DNA of 52,931 bases. It comes from a virus (Duplodnaviria; Caudoviricetes). Under the pieces are notes generated by a model. It was not told the DNA's origin and did no database searches. It worked only from the letters and a program-made list of their open reading frames with translations. Below, piece by piece: positions 10,040 to 19,327 of this stretch (position 1 is its first letter; each line of letters begins with the position of its first letter). Made by a program: the position numbers and the translations under genes. The stretch lies in the IMG/VR virus record IMGVR_UViG_3300025849_000049, positions 1-52,931 of that record. One strand, written 5' to 3'.

Positions 10040-10846
10040 ATGGCACCTACAGGTAATAAAATTAAAAAAATTGAGAAAAAACTAAAAGCTATTTATAAGG
10101 AGCTTAGTACTCCAGCTACAAAAGGACAGCGTCGAGGAACAACGCCAAGTAAAACACCTTTAAGTACTGCTTTTACAGGAAGCGGTAAGAACAGAAAGAA
10201 TCTTCAAGCTGAGTTTGATAAACTTTCTGCTCAACTTAAAAAAGAAAAAGCTTCTTTTGGTAAAGACGCTAAAGTACAAAAGGCTTCGGACTCAGTGGCT
10301 GTTCCTAAAAGACGTTCTCCTACTGATATTATGCGCCAGACAGGAAGGCGCAAAGAAGTTCTTGCTGGCCCTAAAGTAAAGCCTACTGCTAAAAAGCCTG
10401 CTGCTGCTAAAAAGCCTGCTGCTGCTAAGAAGCCATCAGGCAACGGTTTTGCACAAGCCTTTAAAGAAGCACGTGCTAAGTTTGATGCTGGCACAGGTAA
10501 CACTACCTTTAAATTTAATGGCTCTTCTTACTCCGTTGCTAAACCAGCAGAGCTTAAAAAAGCTGGCGGTACATATGGTAAAAAACTTAATGATATTCTT
10601 AAGTCTAAACAACGTAGAAGCGAGACAGATAAACAGGTAACTAACAAGCCAAAATCTAAATCTAAGTTTGCTGGAATGCCTAACGAAAAAATGCTTAACA
10701 GACTCGAAAGAGAAAAAACTGCCAAGAAGTCTTACGGTGGCGGCATGGATAAGAAAACTGTTAAGCGTGGCAAGGGCAGCAGTATAGCTGGTAAACCTAA
10801 AGGTGTAGGCTGTGCAACCCGTGGATATGGAAAGGCAATGAAGTAA
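10040..10846 (+). CDS. Very basic protein with histone-H1-like AKKPAA repeats
   Basis: Lys/Ala-rich 268 aa; ends GVGCATRGYGKAMK. Confidence 0.75.
   Translation: MAPTGNKIKKIEKKLKAIYKELSTPATKGQRRGTTPSKTPLSTAFTGSGKNRKNLQAEFDKLSAQLKKEKASFGKDAKVQKASDSVAVPKRRSPTDIMRQTGRRKEVLAGPKVKPTAKKPAAAKKPAAAKKPSGNGFAQAFKEARAKFDAGTGNTTFKFNGSSYSVAKPAELKKAGGTYGKKLNDILKSKQRRSETDKQVTNKPKSKSKFAGMPNEKMLNRLEREKTAKKSYGGGMDKKTVKRGKGSSIAGKPKGVGCATRGYGKAMK
10388..10434 (+). repeat. 18-bp tandem repeat, about 2.6 copies (AKKPAA)
   Basis: gctaaaaagcctgctgct twice, then gctaagaagcc. Confidence 0.9.
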
Positions 10847-11100
10847 TGAAAAAAGTACCAAAGAATAATAAGGGTCTTTCCAAGCTTCCTACTGCTGTTC
10901 GTAATAGTATGGGATACTTTCAAGATGGTGGGCCTGTAACGGAAACTATTGGTGCTAGTTCATCAGGAGGAACCCGTGGTACAAAAGAACAAGGTATGAG
11001 AGCTTACGACTACCAACAAGAAATTAAAAAAGAACACGAAGAGCGTATGAAATATATTGAAGAACAGCTTTCAGATAACCGTGGTGGTAAAAGAAAGTAA
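10846..11100 (+). CDS. Small hypothetical protein with YFQDGGPV motif
   Basis: TAATG overlaps with both neighbours. Confidence 0.75.
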   Translation: MKKVPKNNKGLSKLPTAVRNSMGYFQDGGPVTETIGASSSGGTRGTKEQGMRAYDYQQEIKKEHEERMKYIEEQLSDNRGGKRK

Positions 11101-11549
11101 TGTCTGATGCTAAGTACACAAAGCCAGAACTCCGCAAACGAATTGTTGCTCGCATTAAAGCGGGTAGCAAGGGCGGGGCAGCAGGTCAGTGGTCGGCACG
11201 TAAAGCTCAGTTAGCTGCAGCTGCTTATAAGAAAGCAGGTGGTGGCTACAAGGGCGGTAAAGGAAAGAAACAAAAGTCATTAAGCAAATGGACAAAAGAA
11301 GAGTGGGGCACCGAGAGTGGTAAGCCAAGTACGCAGGGGGCGAAGGCCACAGGTGAAAGGTACTTACCAAAAAAGGCGAGGGCTAAACTCACAAAAGCAG
11401 AGTATGCGAAGACTACGGCAGCTAAAAGAAAAGGACGAGCAGAAGGAAAACAGTTCGTTAAGCAGCCTAAAGCTATAGCTAAGAAAACAGCTAAAGTAAG
11501 AAACGCTGCAAAAGGTGGTTCCATCTCAGGACATAATAGGTTATACTAA
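11100..11549 (+). CDS. Basic protein ending in SGHNRLY
   Basis: YTKP...GQWSARKAQ and GERYLP motifs; Lys/Ala/Gly-rich. Confidence 0.8.
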   Translation: MSDAKYTKPELRKRIVARIKAGSKGGAAGQWSARKAQLAAAAYKKAGGGYKGGKGKKQKSLSKWTKEEWGTESGKPSTQGAKATGERYLPKKARAKLTKAEYAKTTAAKRKGRAEGKQFVKQPKAIAKKTAKVRNAAKGGSISGHNRLY

Positions 11550-11552
11550 GAC

Positions 11553-11909
11553 ATGGCATTAACAGATTCAGAAAAAAATAAATTAAAGAAACTTGGCCTC
11601 AAGGGTTTAAACAAACCTAAGATGACGCCAAGCCATCCAAGCAAAAAGGCTGTAGTAGCCGTAAGGGGAGACAATGGAAAACTTAAAACAATTCGTTTCG
11701 GCGCTCAAGGAATGGGCCACAACTACAGCAAAGAAGCTCGTTCAAACTTTAAAGCAAGGCATGGAAAGAACATTGCTAGAGGCAAGACTTCAGCTGCTTA
11801 CTGGGCTGACAAAGTCTTTTGGGGTGGTAAAGGTAAAAGTACTAAGCGTCCTCCTTCGAGTCAAAAACAGACTTTCGGTCTTGGTGGCAAGAACAGAAAG
11901 AAAACTTAA
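11553..11909 (+). CDS. Basic hypothetical protein
   Basis: IRFGAQG...FKARH...SAAYWA motif. Confidence 0.75.
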   Translation: MALTDSEKNKLKKLGLKGLNKPKMTPSHPSKKAVVAVRGDNGKLKTIRFGAQGMGHNYSKEARSNFKARHGKNIARGKTSAAYWADKVFWGGKGKSTKRPPSSQKQTFGLGGKNRKKT

Positions 11910-11911
11910 GG

Positions 11912-12076
11912 ATGGCGATAAGTAGGTCTGCGGTCAGCCAACAGGTAAGCAAGCCTGGAAGAAAGGTAGGTGGTCGCAAAAGAAACTCTACTGGTTCTGC
12001 TAGTCCAAGAGGCACAGACCAGACAGCTGGCTTAAAGGCTGACCGCAAACAATCTGGTCATAACAGACTATACTAA
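11912..12076 (+). CDS. Unannotated 54-aa basic protein ending in SGHNRLY
   Basis: Hand translation MAISRSAVSQQVSKPGRKVGGRKRNSTGSASPRGTDQTAGLKADRKQSGHNRLY; fills the gap exactly. Confidence 0.85.
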   Translation: MAISRSAVSQQVSKPGRKVGGRKRNSTGSASPRGTDQTAGLKADRKQSGHNRLY

Positions 12077-12088
12077 AGGAGAACATGA

Positions 12089-12754
12089 ATGGCAACGTCA
12101 GGTACATATACCTTTTCAATGGATATTGACGAAGTAATTGAAGAAGCACTGGAAATGATTGGAGGTGAGGCTACGCTTGGTAACGAGCCTAAGTCTGCTC
12201 GTCGTTCTATTAACCTGCTTCTACAAGACTGGCAGAACCGTGGCATTCAGTTGTGGACAATTGGAACCACTGCTGTTACGGTTACAACCAGTGTTACCTC
12301 CTATGTCTTGGGAGAAGAGAACATCGACGTTCTGGAAGCTGTGGTTAACCGTGACAACATCGACCTGCAGCTAGAACGCATCAGCATGGAAGAGTACCTT
12401 AAAGTCCCTCGTAAGGGGCAGACAGGGCGTCCTACACAGTTTGCTGTACGTAGAGAGCGGGACCAGTCTCGTGTCTTCCTATGGCCTGTACCAGAGAATA
12501 GCACAGATGCAATTAAGTTTGAAACTGTAAAGTATTTCCAAGATGTATCCAAGTCTTCTCAGACTGCTGACATCTCTCGTAGGTTCTATCCTTGCTTAAC
12601 TGCAGGCACTGCCTACTTCATGTCAATGAAACGTCCAGGTGTAGATGCAGGCCGCATCCAGATGATTAAGGGTGAATATGAAGACAGATTACTAAGAGCG
12701 CAGGAAGAGGATAAAGAGCGTGCCAGCATGTACATTCTCCCTCGTCTGAGGTAG
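12089..12754 (+). CDS. Putative head-tail adaptor/tail accessory protein
   Basis: MATSGT...EVIEEALEMIG...INLLLQDWQNRG pattern like P22 gp4-type adaptors. Confidence 0.65.
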   Translation: MATSGTYTFSMDIDEVIEEALEMIGGEATLGNEPKSARRSINLLLQDWQNRGIQLWTIGTTAVTVTTSVTSYVLGEENIDVLEAVVNRDNIDLQLERISMEEYLKVPRKGQTGRPTQFAVRRERDQSRVFLWPVPENSTDAIKFETVKYFQDVSKSSQTADISRRFYPCLTAGTAYFMSMKRPGVDAGRIQMIKGEYEDRLLRAQEEDKERASMYILPRLR

Positions 12755-12758
12755 TAAC

Positions 12759-13016
12759 ATGGGTGCAACTAAAGCATTAGGTCTTTGCGATATCTGCGGC
12801 TTCAGATACGAACTTAAGACCCTGCAAAAAAATAGTTATGGGATGATGGTTTGCACAGCTGATTACGAAGGTAGGTTCGACCAGAAGAATCATCCACAAA
12901 ATAGAATTGCTAGGGTAACGGAGGACTATGTTGTTAAAGACCCTAGACCACAGGTTCCGTCACTTGTTTCGGCAGTGCCTGTATCTTCTTGGCTTCCACC
13001 GTATCCAGGACCGTAA
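12759..13016 (+). CDS. Small Cys-motif protein, paralogue 1
   Basis: CDICGF...VC..D...NHPQN. Confidence 0.75.
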   Translation: MGATKALGLCDICGFRYELKTLQKNSYGMMVCTADYEGRFDQKNHPQNRIARVTEDYVVKDPRPQVPSLVSAVPVSSWLPPYPGP

Positions 13017-13019
13017 CAA

Positions 13020-13319
13020 ATGGCTAAAGGAAAACATGTACAAGCTGAGTGTGATATTTGTGGGTTTGCTTATCCACGTAGTAGGCTACGTAAGAACAGC
13101 TTTAATCTCTGGGTGTGTCCCTCTGACTGGGATGGAAGCTATGACAGAGTCAACCACGCACAGAACAAAGTCCCTGACATGCGAGACAGAAGTCAGTATG
13201 TAATGAATGCTAGGCCTGACCCTAATATTGACAGGGGGATTACTTGGGACAAAGCAACAGAGAGATATACCACAATATACCAGTGGGAGTTGGTAAACAT
13301 AAGTTGGAATAACGTATAA
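13020..13319 (+). CDS. Small Cys-motif protein, paralogue 2
   Basis: CDICGF...VC..D...NHAQN. Confidence 0.75.
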   Translation: MAKGKHVQAECDICGFAYPRSRLRKNSFNLWVCPSDWDGSYDRVNHAQNKVPDMRDRSQYVMNARPDPNIDRGITWDKATERYTTIYQWELVNISWNNV

Positions 13320-16300
13320 TGACTGATTTTACTGGTAAGCTAATTGCCAACACATATAAAGATATCCTTACAATTAACTCTAGCGCTACTAATGATGGGC
13401 TAGACAACACCCTTAGACGTGTGCAGGATGGGGAGGGTACTAACTCCTCACTAAAGCTTTCTGAAACATCTGCAGCATTTACAGGCAATGTAAGCGTTAA
13501 CGGGAACCTAACTATTAATGGAGCCTTTCAACCACAGAATATACAGACTAGCGCTGTAAGGGCCACAACGGTAAGTGCAACTAATATTACAACTGATGTA
13601 CTGACAGCTGGAACTCTTACCTTTCAAGATGTAAGCGTAAGTACATTACGTGCAGGCACAGTCAGCGCTACAACCATTAATGCAGGAAGCACTCTTACAG
13701 TAGATGGTGACAATGTTATTACTTCTGCAGTTGCTGTATCTACTGCTGCTATTCTTCGTGCGCAGATTGCAACAACTATTGCCAACACATCTGCAGCCCT
13801 TCAAGCTAATATTGATGTAGTATCTGTAGGATTATCCGCTACTAATACTCAAACACAAATTAACGCTACACAGATTAATACACTGTCAACATCCATTGCT
13901 GCAAATGCCTCAGCCATTACAGTTAATGAATCAGCTATTACATCTGTTAATACTAGAATTAATGCAGTATCTGTTCTTGCTGAGACTAAGGCTAGTGCAG
14001 CCACTTCTGCTACATTAGAAACAAGGATTGCAGGTGTAAGCTCTACAATGGCAACAAGCATTGGCAATCAAATGCCTAAAGCTGGTGGAACATTTACAGG
14101 TCCAGTAGTATTTGATGCCGATGGCTTTACAATTAATTCCAACGCATCAGCAGTGTTTAACGGACCAGCAACAATGAACTCCAATATTGCATTGGGTAAT
14201 AGTAGTACTGATTTAATAACTGGCTCTGGCCGTTGGGCAACTAATATTATTCCTAATAATAGCACTTCAAGAGATTTAGGTACTGACAGCCTTAGATGGG
14301 ACAATGCTTACATTAATACTTTTAGAGGCGGTATTAATGCTATAGCAACATCTGTTACAGACCTTATATATCCAAGTTCTTATGGTAATGCTCCAACAAA
14401 TGTAGATTATGTAGGTACTGCTATAGCTACAAAAGCAAGTGTTGGTACGTCAGCTACACTAGAAACTAGAATTGCTGCTGTAAGCTCTACGATGGCTACG
14501 AGCATTGGTAACAGCAACTCTGCTATCACAGCACTTAGTGCAACGATGGCTACGAGCATTGGTAACAGCAACTCTGCTATCACAGCACTTAGTGCAACGA
14601 TGGCTACGAGCATTGGTAACAGCAACTCTGCTATCACGGCACTTAGTGCAACGATGGCTACAAGCATTGCAACAAGACTTGCATTGGCTGGTGGGACAAT
14701 GACAGGAAACCTTATCCTTAATGCTGACCCCAGCGCAAACTTACAAGCTGCAAGTAAACAATATGTAGATAATCTCACAGCCTCAAGTATTCACGTTCAC
14801 GAAGCAGTAAGGGTAGAAACAAACACCACAAATTTAAATGCTACGTATAACAACGGGACTGCGGGTGTGGGGGCTACTCTTACTAATGCAGGAACTCAAG
14901 CAGCTTTGGTTGTAGACGGTGTAACAGTTAATACTAGTGACCGTGTTCTTGTTCTTGGCCAAACCAATCAAACACAAAATGGTGTTTATGTAGTTACCAA
15001 CACAGGCTCTGGTTCTACCAACTGGATACTAACACGCTCAGATGATGCCGATACTTCTGGTGACGGTTCTTCTGACACCTTAGATGAAGGTTCTTATTTC
15101 TTTGTTCAAGAAGGTACCGTCGGTGCTGCTCACGCTTTTGTTTGTAATACACAGGGAACAATTGTATTTGGCACAACTAATATTACCTTTGCACAGTTTA
15201 GCGATTCTGTTGAGTATACCGCAGGTACGGGTATTAATGTTAATGCCAGCCGTGTAATCTCGACCTCTGGAGTTCCTACTAACGCAGAGCTTGCAGCAGT
15301 GTCTGCTACTATGGCAACAAGCATTGCTAATAGCAACTCAGCTATTATTGCTTTAAGCGCCACGCTTGAGTCTCGTATTGCAGGAGTGTCGGCTATTGTT
15401 CCTACTTCTTTAACCGAGCTAGGCATTACCGATGGTTCAAACGGGCAAGTTCTACAAACAGATGGCAACAGTGTGTTTACTTTTGTATCTGTAGCTGGAG
15501 GTGGCTCAGGTACGGTAACAAACATTAAAGCTGGTTCTAATATCTCTATGACTGAGGCAGGAACTACAGTTACTGAAACAACCACAAGTGCCACAATTGC
15601 TGTGACAGCCAGTCCTACATTCTCTAGTGCAGTAATTACTGGTGATTTAACTGTTGACACCAATACTCTGTATGTTGACAGCACGAATAATCGTGTCGGC
15701 ATCGGCACGAGTTCGCCTGATGCGAGACTGTCCATAATAGACGGAACTTCTTCTGACCAATTACGGATGGGAAGCAGCACTTCTTATTATAAGATTGGGC
15801 GGAACACATCTACAGGTCTGTTGGAGTTTAACGGCATTCAAAGTGGGTTTAATGGCTATGTCTTTGGGGGTGCTAACGGAGAACGTATGCGCATTGACAG
15901 CGGCGGCAATGTGGGAATTGGCACGAATTCGCCAAGGGAAAGGTTAGATGTTGTCGGTGATGCAATTATTGAGGCAAGCTTTAACGGCACACAGTTTATA
16001 CGAAATGTAGATGTTGCAAGTGCTGGTCTGGCAGGACACTATCTTGGCATTGGTGCTAAATATAATGGTAATCCTGTTACACCTATTGTCATTGCAGGTA
16101 GCGTAGATTCAGACGGCACTGCTAATGCTTTTGCTGTTCGCTTAGATGATTCTGAAAAAATGCGCATCGATAGCATCGGGAATGTCGGCATTGGCACGAG
16201 TTCACCTAGCAAACGCCTTGAATCCGCATCAACCAGTCTCTCCACTGTGAAAATCAATGGTTACACTGCAAATAGTGGCCTTCCGATGTATTCCTACAAC

Positions 16301-16801
16301 GATAGTGGTGGGTGTGGGTGGGCTACTGGCGACGCCGATAGCGGAAGTCAAGGTTACGCAAACTTGATATATCTTAATGATATAGACAATTCATTTAATG
16401 TGTATTTGGGTCAGGCTGGGGCTTCAAATCAGAGAATGAAACTTGAGGCCGATGGCGACCTTCATGTCGATGGCAACGTAGTCGCATACTCCACCACTAT
16501 TTCAGATAAACGTCTTAAGAAAGACATTGCACCGATTGACAATGCTTTGTGGAGAGTGTCACAGTTAAACGGCTGTACCTTTACCTATCTTAAGGATGAC
16601 CGTAAGAGCGCAGGCTTAATTGCTCAAGACCTAGAAAAGGTATTGCCTTCAGCTGTCATTGAAGGCGGGGCTGTATTCCACGGAGAAGAAGGAGAAACTT
16701 ACAAGACTGTGCAGTATGACCAAGTTATTGGTTTGCTGGTGGAGGCAGTTAAGGAGTTAACTGCTAAAGTCGAGGAGTTAGAAAATGCCTCTACCAAGTA
16801 G
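13319..16801 (+). CDS. Long tail fibre with C-terminal intramolecular chaperone (peptidase S74)
   Basis: Ser/Thr/Ala-rich repeats, three (R/N)VGIGTxSP repeats, SDKRLKKDI...GLIAQDLEKVLP. Confidence 0.9.
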   Translation: MTDFTGKLIANTYKDILTINSSATNDGLDNTLRRVQDGEGTNSSLKLSETSAAFTGNVSVNGNLTINGAFQPQNIQTSAVRATTVSATNITTDVLTAGTLTFQDVSVSTLRAGTVSATTINAGSTLTVDGDNVITSAVAVSTAAILRAQIATTIANTSAALQANIDVVSVGLSATNTQTQINATQINTLSTSIAANASAITVNESAITSVNTRINAVSVLAETKASAATSATLETRIAGVSSTMATSIGNQMPKAGGTFTGPVVFDADGFTINSNASAVFNGPATMNSNIALGNSSTDLITGSGRWATNIIPNNSTSRDLGTDSLRWDNAYINTFRGGINAIATSVTDLIYPSSYGNAPTNVDYVGTAIATKASVGTSATLETRIAAVSSTMATSIGNSNSAITALSATMATSIGNSNSAITALSATMATSIGNSNSAITALSATMATSIATRLALAGGTMTGNLILNADPSANLQAASKQYVDNLTASSIHVHEAVRVETNTTNLNATYNNGTAGVGATLTNAGTQAALVVDGVTVNTSDRVLVLGQTNQTQNGVYVVTNTGSGSTNWILTRSDDADTSGDGSSDTLDEGSYFFVQEGTVGAAHAFVCNTQGTIVFGTTNITFAQFSDSVEYTAGTGINVNASRVISTSGVPTNAELAAVSATMATSIANSNSAIIALSATLESRIAGVSAIVPTSLTELGITDGSNGQVLQTDGNSVFTFVSVAGGGSGTVTNIKAGSNISMTEAGTTVTETTTSATIAVTASPTFSSAVITGDLTVDTNTLYVDSTNNRVGIGTSSPDARLSIIDGTSSDQLRMGSSTSYYKIGRNTSTGLLEFNGIQSGFNGYVFGGANGERMRIDSGGNVGIGTNSPRERLDVVGDAIIEASFNGTQFIRNVDVASAGLAGHYLGIGAKYNGNPVTPIVIAGSVDSDGTANAFAVRLDDSEKMRIDSIGNVGIGTSSPSKRLESASTSLSTVKINGYTANSGLPMYSYNDSGGCGWATGDADSGSQGYANLIYLNDIDNSFNVYLGQAGASNQRMKLEADGDLHVDGNVVAYSTTISDKRLKKDIAPIDNALWRVSQLNGCTFTYLKDDRKSAGLIAQDLEKVLPSAVIEGGAVFHGEEGETYKTVQYDQVIGLLVEAVKELTAKVEELENASTK
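14489..14669 (+). repeat. 54-bp tandem repeat, three full copies plus a partial
   Basis: Units start at 14489, 14543, 14597 and 14651; encode TMATSIGNSNSAITALSA. Confidence 0.95.
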
Positions 16802-17702
16802 TGGACAAATAACACTAGATGAGATGCACGTAGAGGCAGGCGGCAGTACTACTACTCAAGGTGCTGTTAATGATGCAGATATACGTGCTTTAATTGGCGC
16901 TGCTTCTGGCGGTCCTAACCTAGCCTTTACAGATTGGTATGGTGCATCCGCTCGTGTAACAATTAACATTACAATCTCTAGCAATACAAATAACTACAAC
17001 CTCTTTAACAGCAAGGGCGGTACGTACTCTGCTGGGAACACTACAATAAATGTAACGATTAACTCTGGTGTTACCGTAGGCTCTGTAACTACTTTTGGAT
17101 ACGCTTTTACCACTGGAACTGGATGGGCTACTGGCGATGTAATTAACATTATTAATAACGGTACAATTAAAGGCAAGGGTGGTAGCGGCGGCGCTGGAGC
17201 AGATATTACTTTTGGCGGGGCAAATAATAATACTCAAGGGGGTAACGGTGCTACAGGTGGTCCTGCGTTTAGAGGGCAGTTTGCCTGTACAGTTACCAAT
17301 AACGGCTCTGTCTATGGCGGCGGTGGTGGCGGAGGCGGCGGTGGTGGTTTCTGGCTTGGTGGGGATGGCAAAATTACTTTTAACTCAGCTAATGCAGGCT
17401 CAGGTGGCGGCGGCGGGGCTGGCGTTAACGGAGGTTCTGGAGGTACTGGAGGTACAGCCTCTGGTGCTGGCGCAGTACAGGGGACTAACGGCAGCGCAGG
17501 AAGTTCAACTGCAGGAGGTTCAGGGGGAACAGGCGGTTATAATGGCGGTAACGGAGGAGGCCTAGGAGCAAATGGAGCAATAGGACAAAGTGCTAGCAAT
17601 GCTGGTGGAACAGGCGGTACTCGTGGCGCCTATCAAGTAGGTGCAAGTCTTATTAATGGCGGTAGTGGCATAGGCGGAACTGTAGGCGGTAGAAGTTTAT
17701 AG
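16785..17702 (+). CDS. Glycine-rich fibre-tip adhesin-like protein
   Basis: Multiple polyglycine tracts; overlaps the fibre gene end. Confidence 0.65.
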   Translation: MPLPSSGQITLDEMHVEAGGSTTTQGAVNDADIRALIGAASGGPNLAFTDWYGASARVTINITISSNTNNYNLFNSKGGTYSAGNTTINVTINSGVTVGSVTTFGYAFTTGTGWATGDVINIINNGTIKGKGGSGGAGADITFGGANNNTQGGNGATGGPAFRGQFACTVTNNGSVYGGGGGGGGGGGFWLGGDGKITFNSANAGSGGGGGAGVNGGSGGTGGTASGAGAVQGTNGSAGSSTAGGSGGTGGYNGGNGGGLGANGAIGQSASNAGGTGGTRGAYQVGASLINGGSGIGGTVGGRSL

Positions 17703-17731
17703 TTGACAAACAAACAATAAAGGATTATAAT
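17703..17731 (+). promoter_or_regulatory. Consensus sigma70 promoter
   Basis: TTGACA-N17-TATAAT. Confidence 0.85.
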
Positions 17732-17737
17732 AGTAAA

Positions 17738-18085
17738 ATGGATTATAAACTATACGTATCAGGATACATAGAAGAAACACAGCAATTGCTTATTTCTTTT
17801 TCAAGCGACGAAACTGCTAGAGAGGCTATTGATTATCAGTCACTGGCTTTTGATGTGGTTCCTTATGGAGATGTAACAGCACAAGAAGTTATAGATGCTA
17901 TCTCTAAGGTAGCACCTACCGTTTGTGGTGATGTCGTAGTACAAGAAACATATACAGACGACAGTGAAAAGGCACAGGCGCTTAGAGACCTAGTAGGCCA
18001 AGAGTTTACCTATAAAGACTTTGAGATTGCAGGTGTTAGCGGACATCGTCAAGCATCTGAACAAGAAAGCTCGGAGTCTATTTAA
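17738..18085 (+). CDS. Acidic hypothetical protein
   Basis: ORF directly behind the consensus promoter. Confidence 0.7.
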   Translation: MDYKLYVSGYIEETQQLLISFSSDETAREAIDYQSLAFDVVPYGDVTAQEVIDAISKVAPTVCGDVVVQETYTDDSEKAQALRDLVGQEFTYKDFEIAGVSGHRQASEQESSESI

Positions 18086-18798
18086 TGTCAGTTCCTTACG
18101 ATTCAGATATAGAGTTTAGCACGTCTAAAGAATATGATGGAGTTTTTATATTCAACTCTGCATCTTTATCTTCTGGTGCGTATATGCAAAGAACTAGAAA
18201 GCTTGGTTTAGATGAGGCTGTCTATTCTAAATTAAAAGAACACAAGACTGCCAGGAATGTAAAAGAAGGTGCGGCCAACCACATGATTATGAAGGGGGCT
18301 GTAAAACAGATATATACTTGGGAAGACAGTGAAAACATTACACAGGACGACCTAACTACTTTTTGGAATCTAGCTAAATCAAAATCTATAGGTATTAATA
18401 TGCAGCTTGTAGAGTCTGATGCCGTTGCAAGGCGTCTGGTTATTTCTGCGTCTTTTGAAAATACAAGCAATAGTTGGTTAGACTATCCGCTACCTTATGT
18501 TCTTGATTGCTCCACCTCTCGTATGGAAATAACAGCAGATAACACTGATTTAATATGTTATGTGTTTTCTAACAACGACCCTGAGCTATGGACAAAACAG
18601 CATTGTAATATAGCAAACGGAGAAACACTGACTATTACAAAAGAAGGAGATGACTATTGTTATGTTATCTTTGGCGAACAGGTAACAAAAGGCTCTGAAA
18701 CACTAGAAGCACTAAAGCCTTATCGCTTAACCAGCAATAGTATTTCCGTTACAAATAATTCTAGAAACTCTTGTAAAGTATTTAGGGTATACAAATGA
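18085..18798 (+). CDS. Hypothetical protein
   Basis: 237-aa ORF with TAATG coupling. Confidence 0.7.
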   Translation: MSVPYDSDIEFSTSKEYDGVFIFNSASLSSGAYMQRTRKLGLDEAVYSKLKEHKTARNVKEGAANHMIMKGAVKQIYTWEDSENITQDDLTTFWNLAKSKSIGINMQLVESDAVARRLVISASFENTSNSWLDYPLPYVLDCSTSRMEITADNTDLICYVFSNNDPELWTKQHCNIANGETLTITKEGDDYCYVIFGEQVTKGSETLEALKPYRLTSNSISVTNNSRNSCKVFRVYK

Positions 18799-19256
18799 AC
18801 TACATTGTAGATTACGGTAAAACAAAACATTACTTTATGGAAGCTCCTACAAGTTCTTTAGAGGGGAATCAAAGCAATGGAAGCCTTTCTATTATACACA
18901 ATAATAATATACTAAGAGGCTCATATACAACTTGTGCTGATGATAAGGGGTATCTTGATTGGAAGTATAGCAGATTCGGCCCGTTGTTTAAAGCTGAAGG
19001 ACTGTCGTATGGGTTTATTAAAAGCAGAAAGCACTATGCTTTTACCACTACAACATACGGTATAAGGTTTTTTAATCGTGAGATACACTTTGGAAAGTCC
19101 TATAACTTTGCAAAAACAAAGACAGGGAAGCGGTCTTATGGCCTTATGGTTTTTACTCTTAAGCTTCGGCCTTCTTTTTTATCTATTAAGATACCCTCTG
19201 TTCAAAAAGAATTAAACCTAGATGAAGATATTGTTGTAGACCCTCACTTGAAATAG
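18795..19256 (+). CDS. Hypothetical basic/aromatic protein
   Basis: 153-aa ORF overlapping the previous stop; AT-rich. Confidence 0.6.
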   Translation: MNYIVDYGKTKHYFMEAPTSSLEGNQSNGSLSIIHNNNILRGSYTTCADDKGYLDWKYSRFGPLFKAEGLSYGFIKSRKHYAFTTTTYGIRFFNREIHFGKSYNFAKTKTGKRSYGLMVFTLKLRPSFLSIKIPSVQKELNLDEDIVVDPHLK

Positions 19257-19266
19257 GCCATATGTA

Positions 19267-19295
19267 TTGCCTATAAAAGACTTTTGATGTATAAT
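19267..19295 (+). promoter_or_regulatory. Sigma70-type promoter
   Basis: TTGCCT-N17-TATAAT. Confidence 0.65.
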
Positions 19296-19327
19296 AAACC
19301 AATTGTAGTTTTAATAAAGGAAATAAA

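Noticed and set aside
14489-14669. Possible CRISPR array
   Set aside because: Contiguous in-frame coding repeats with no unique spacers
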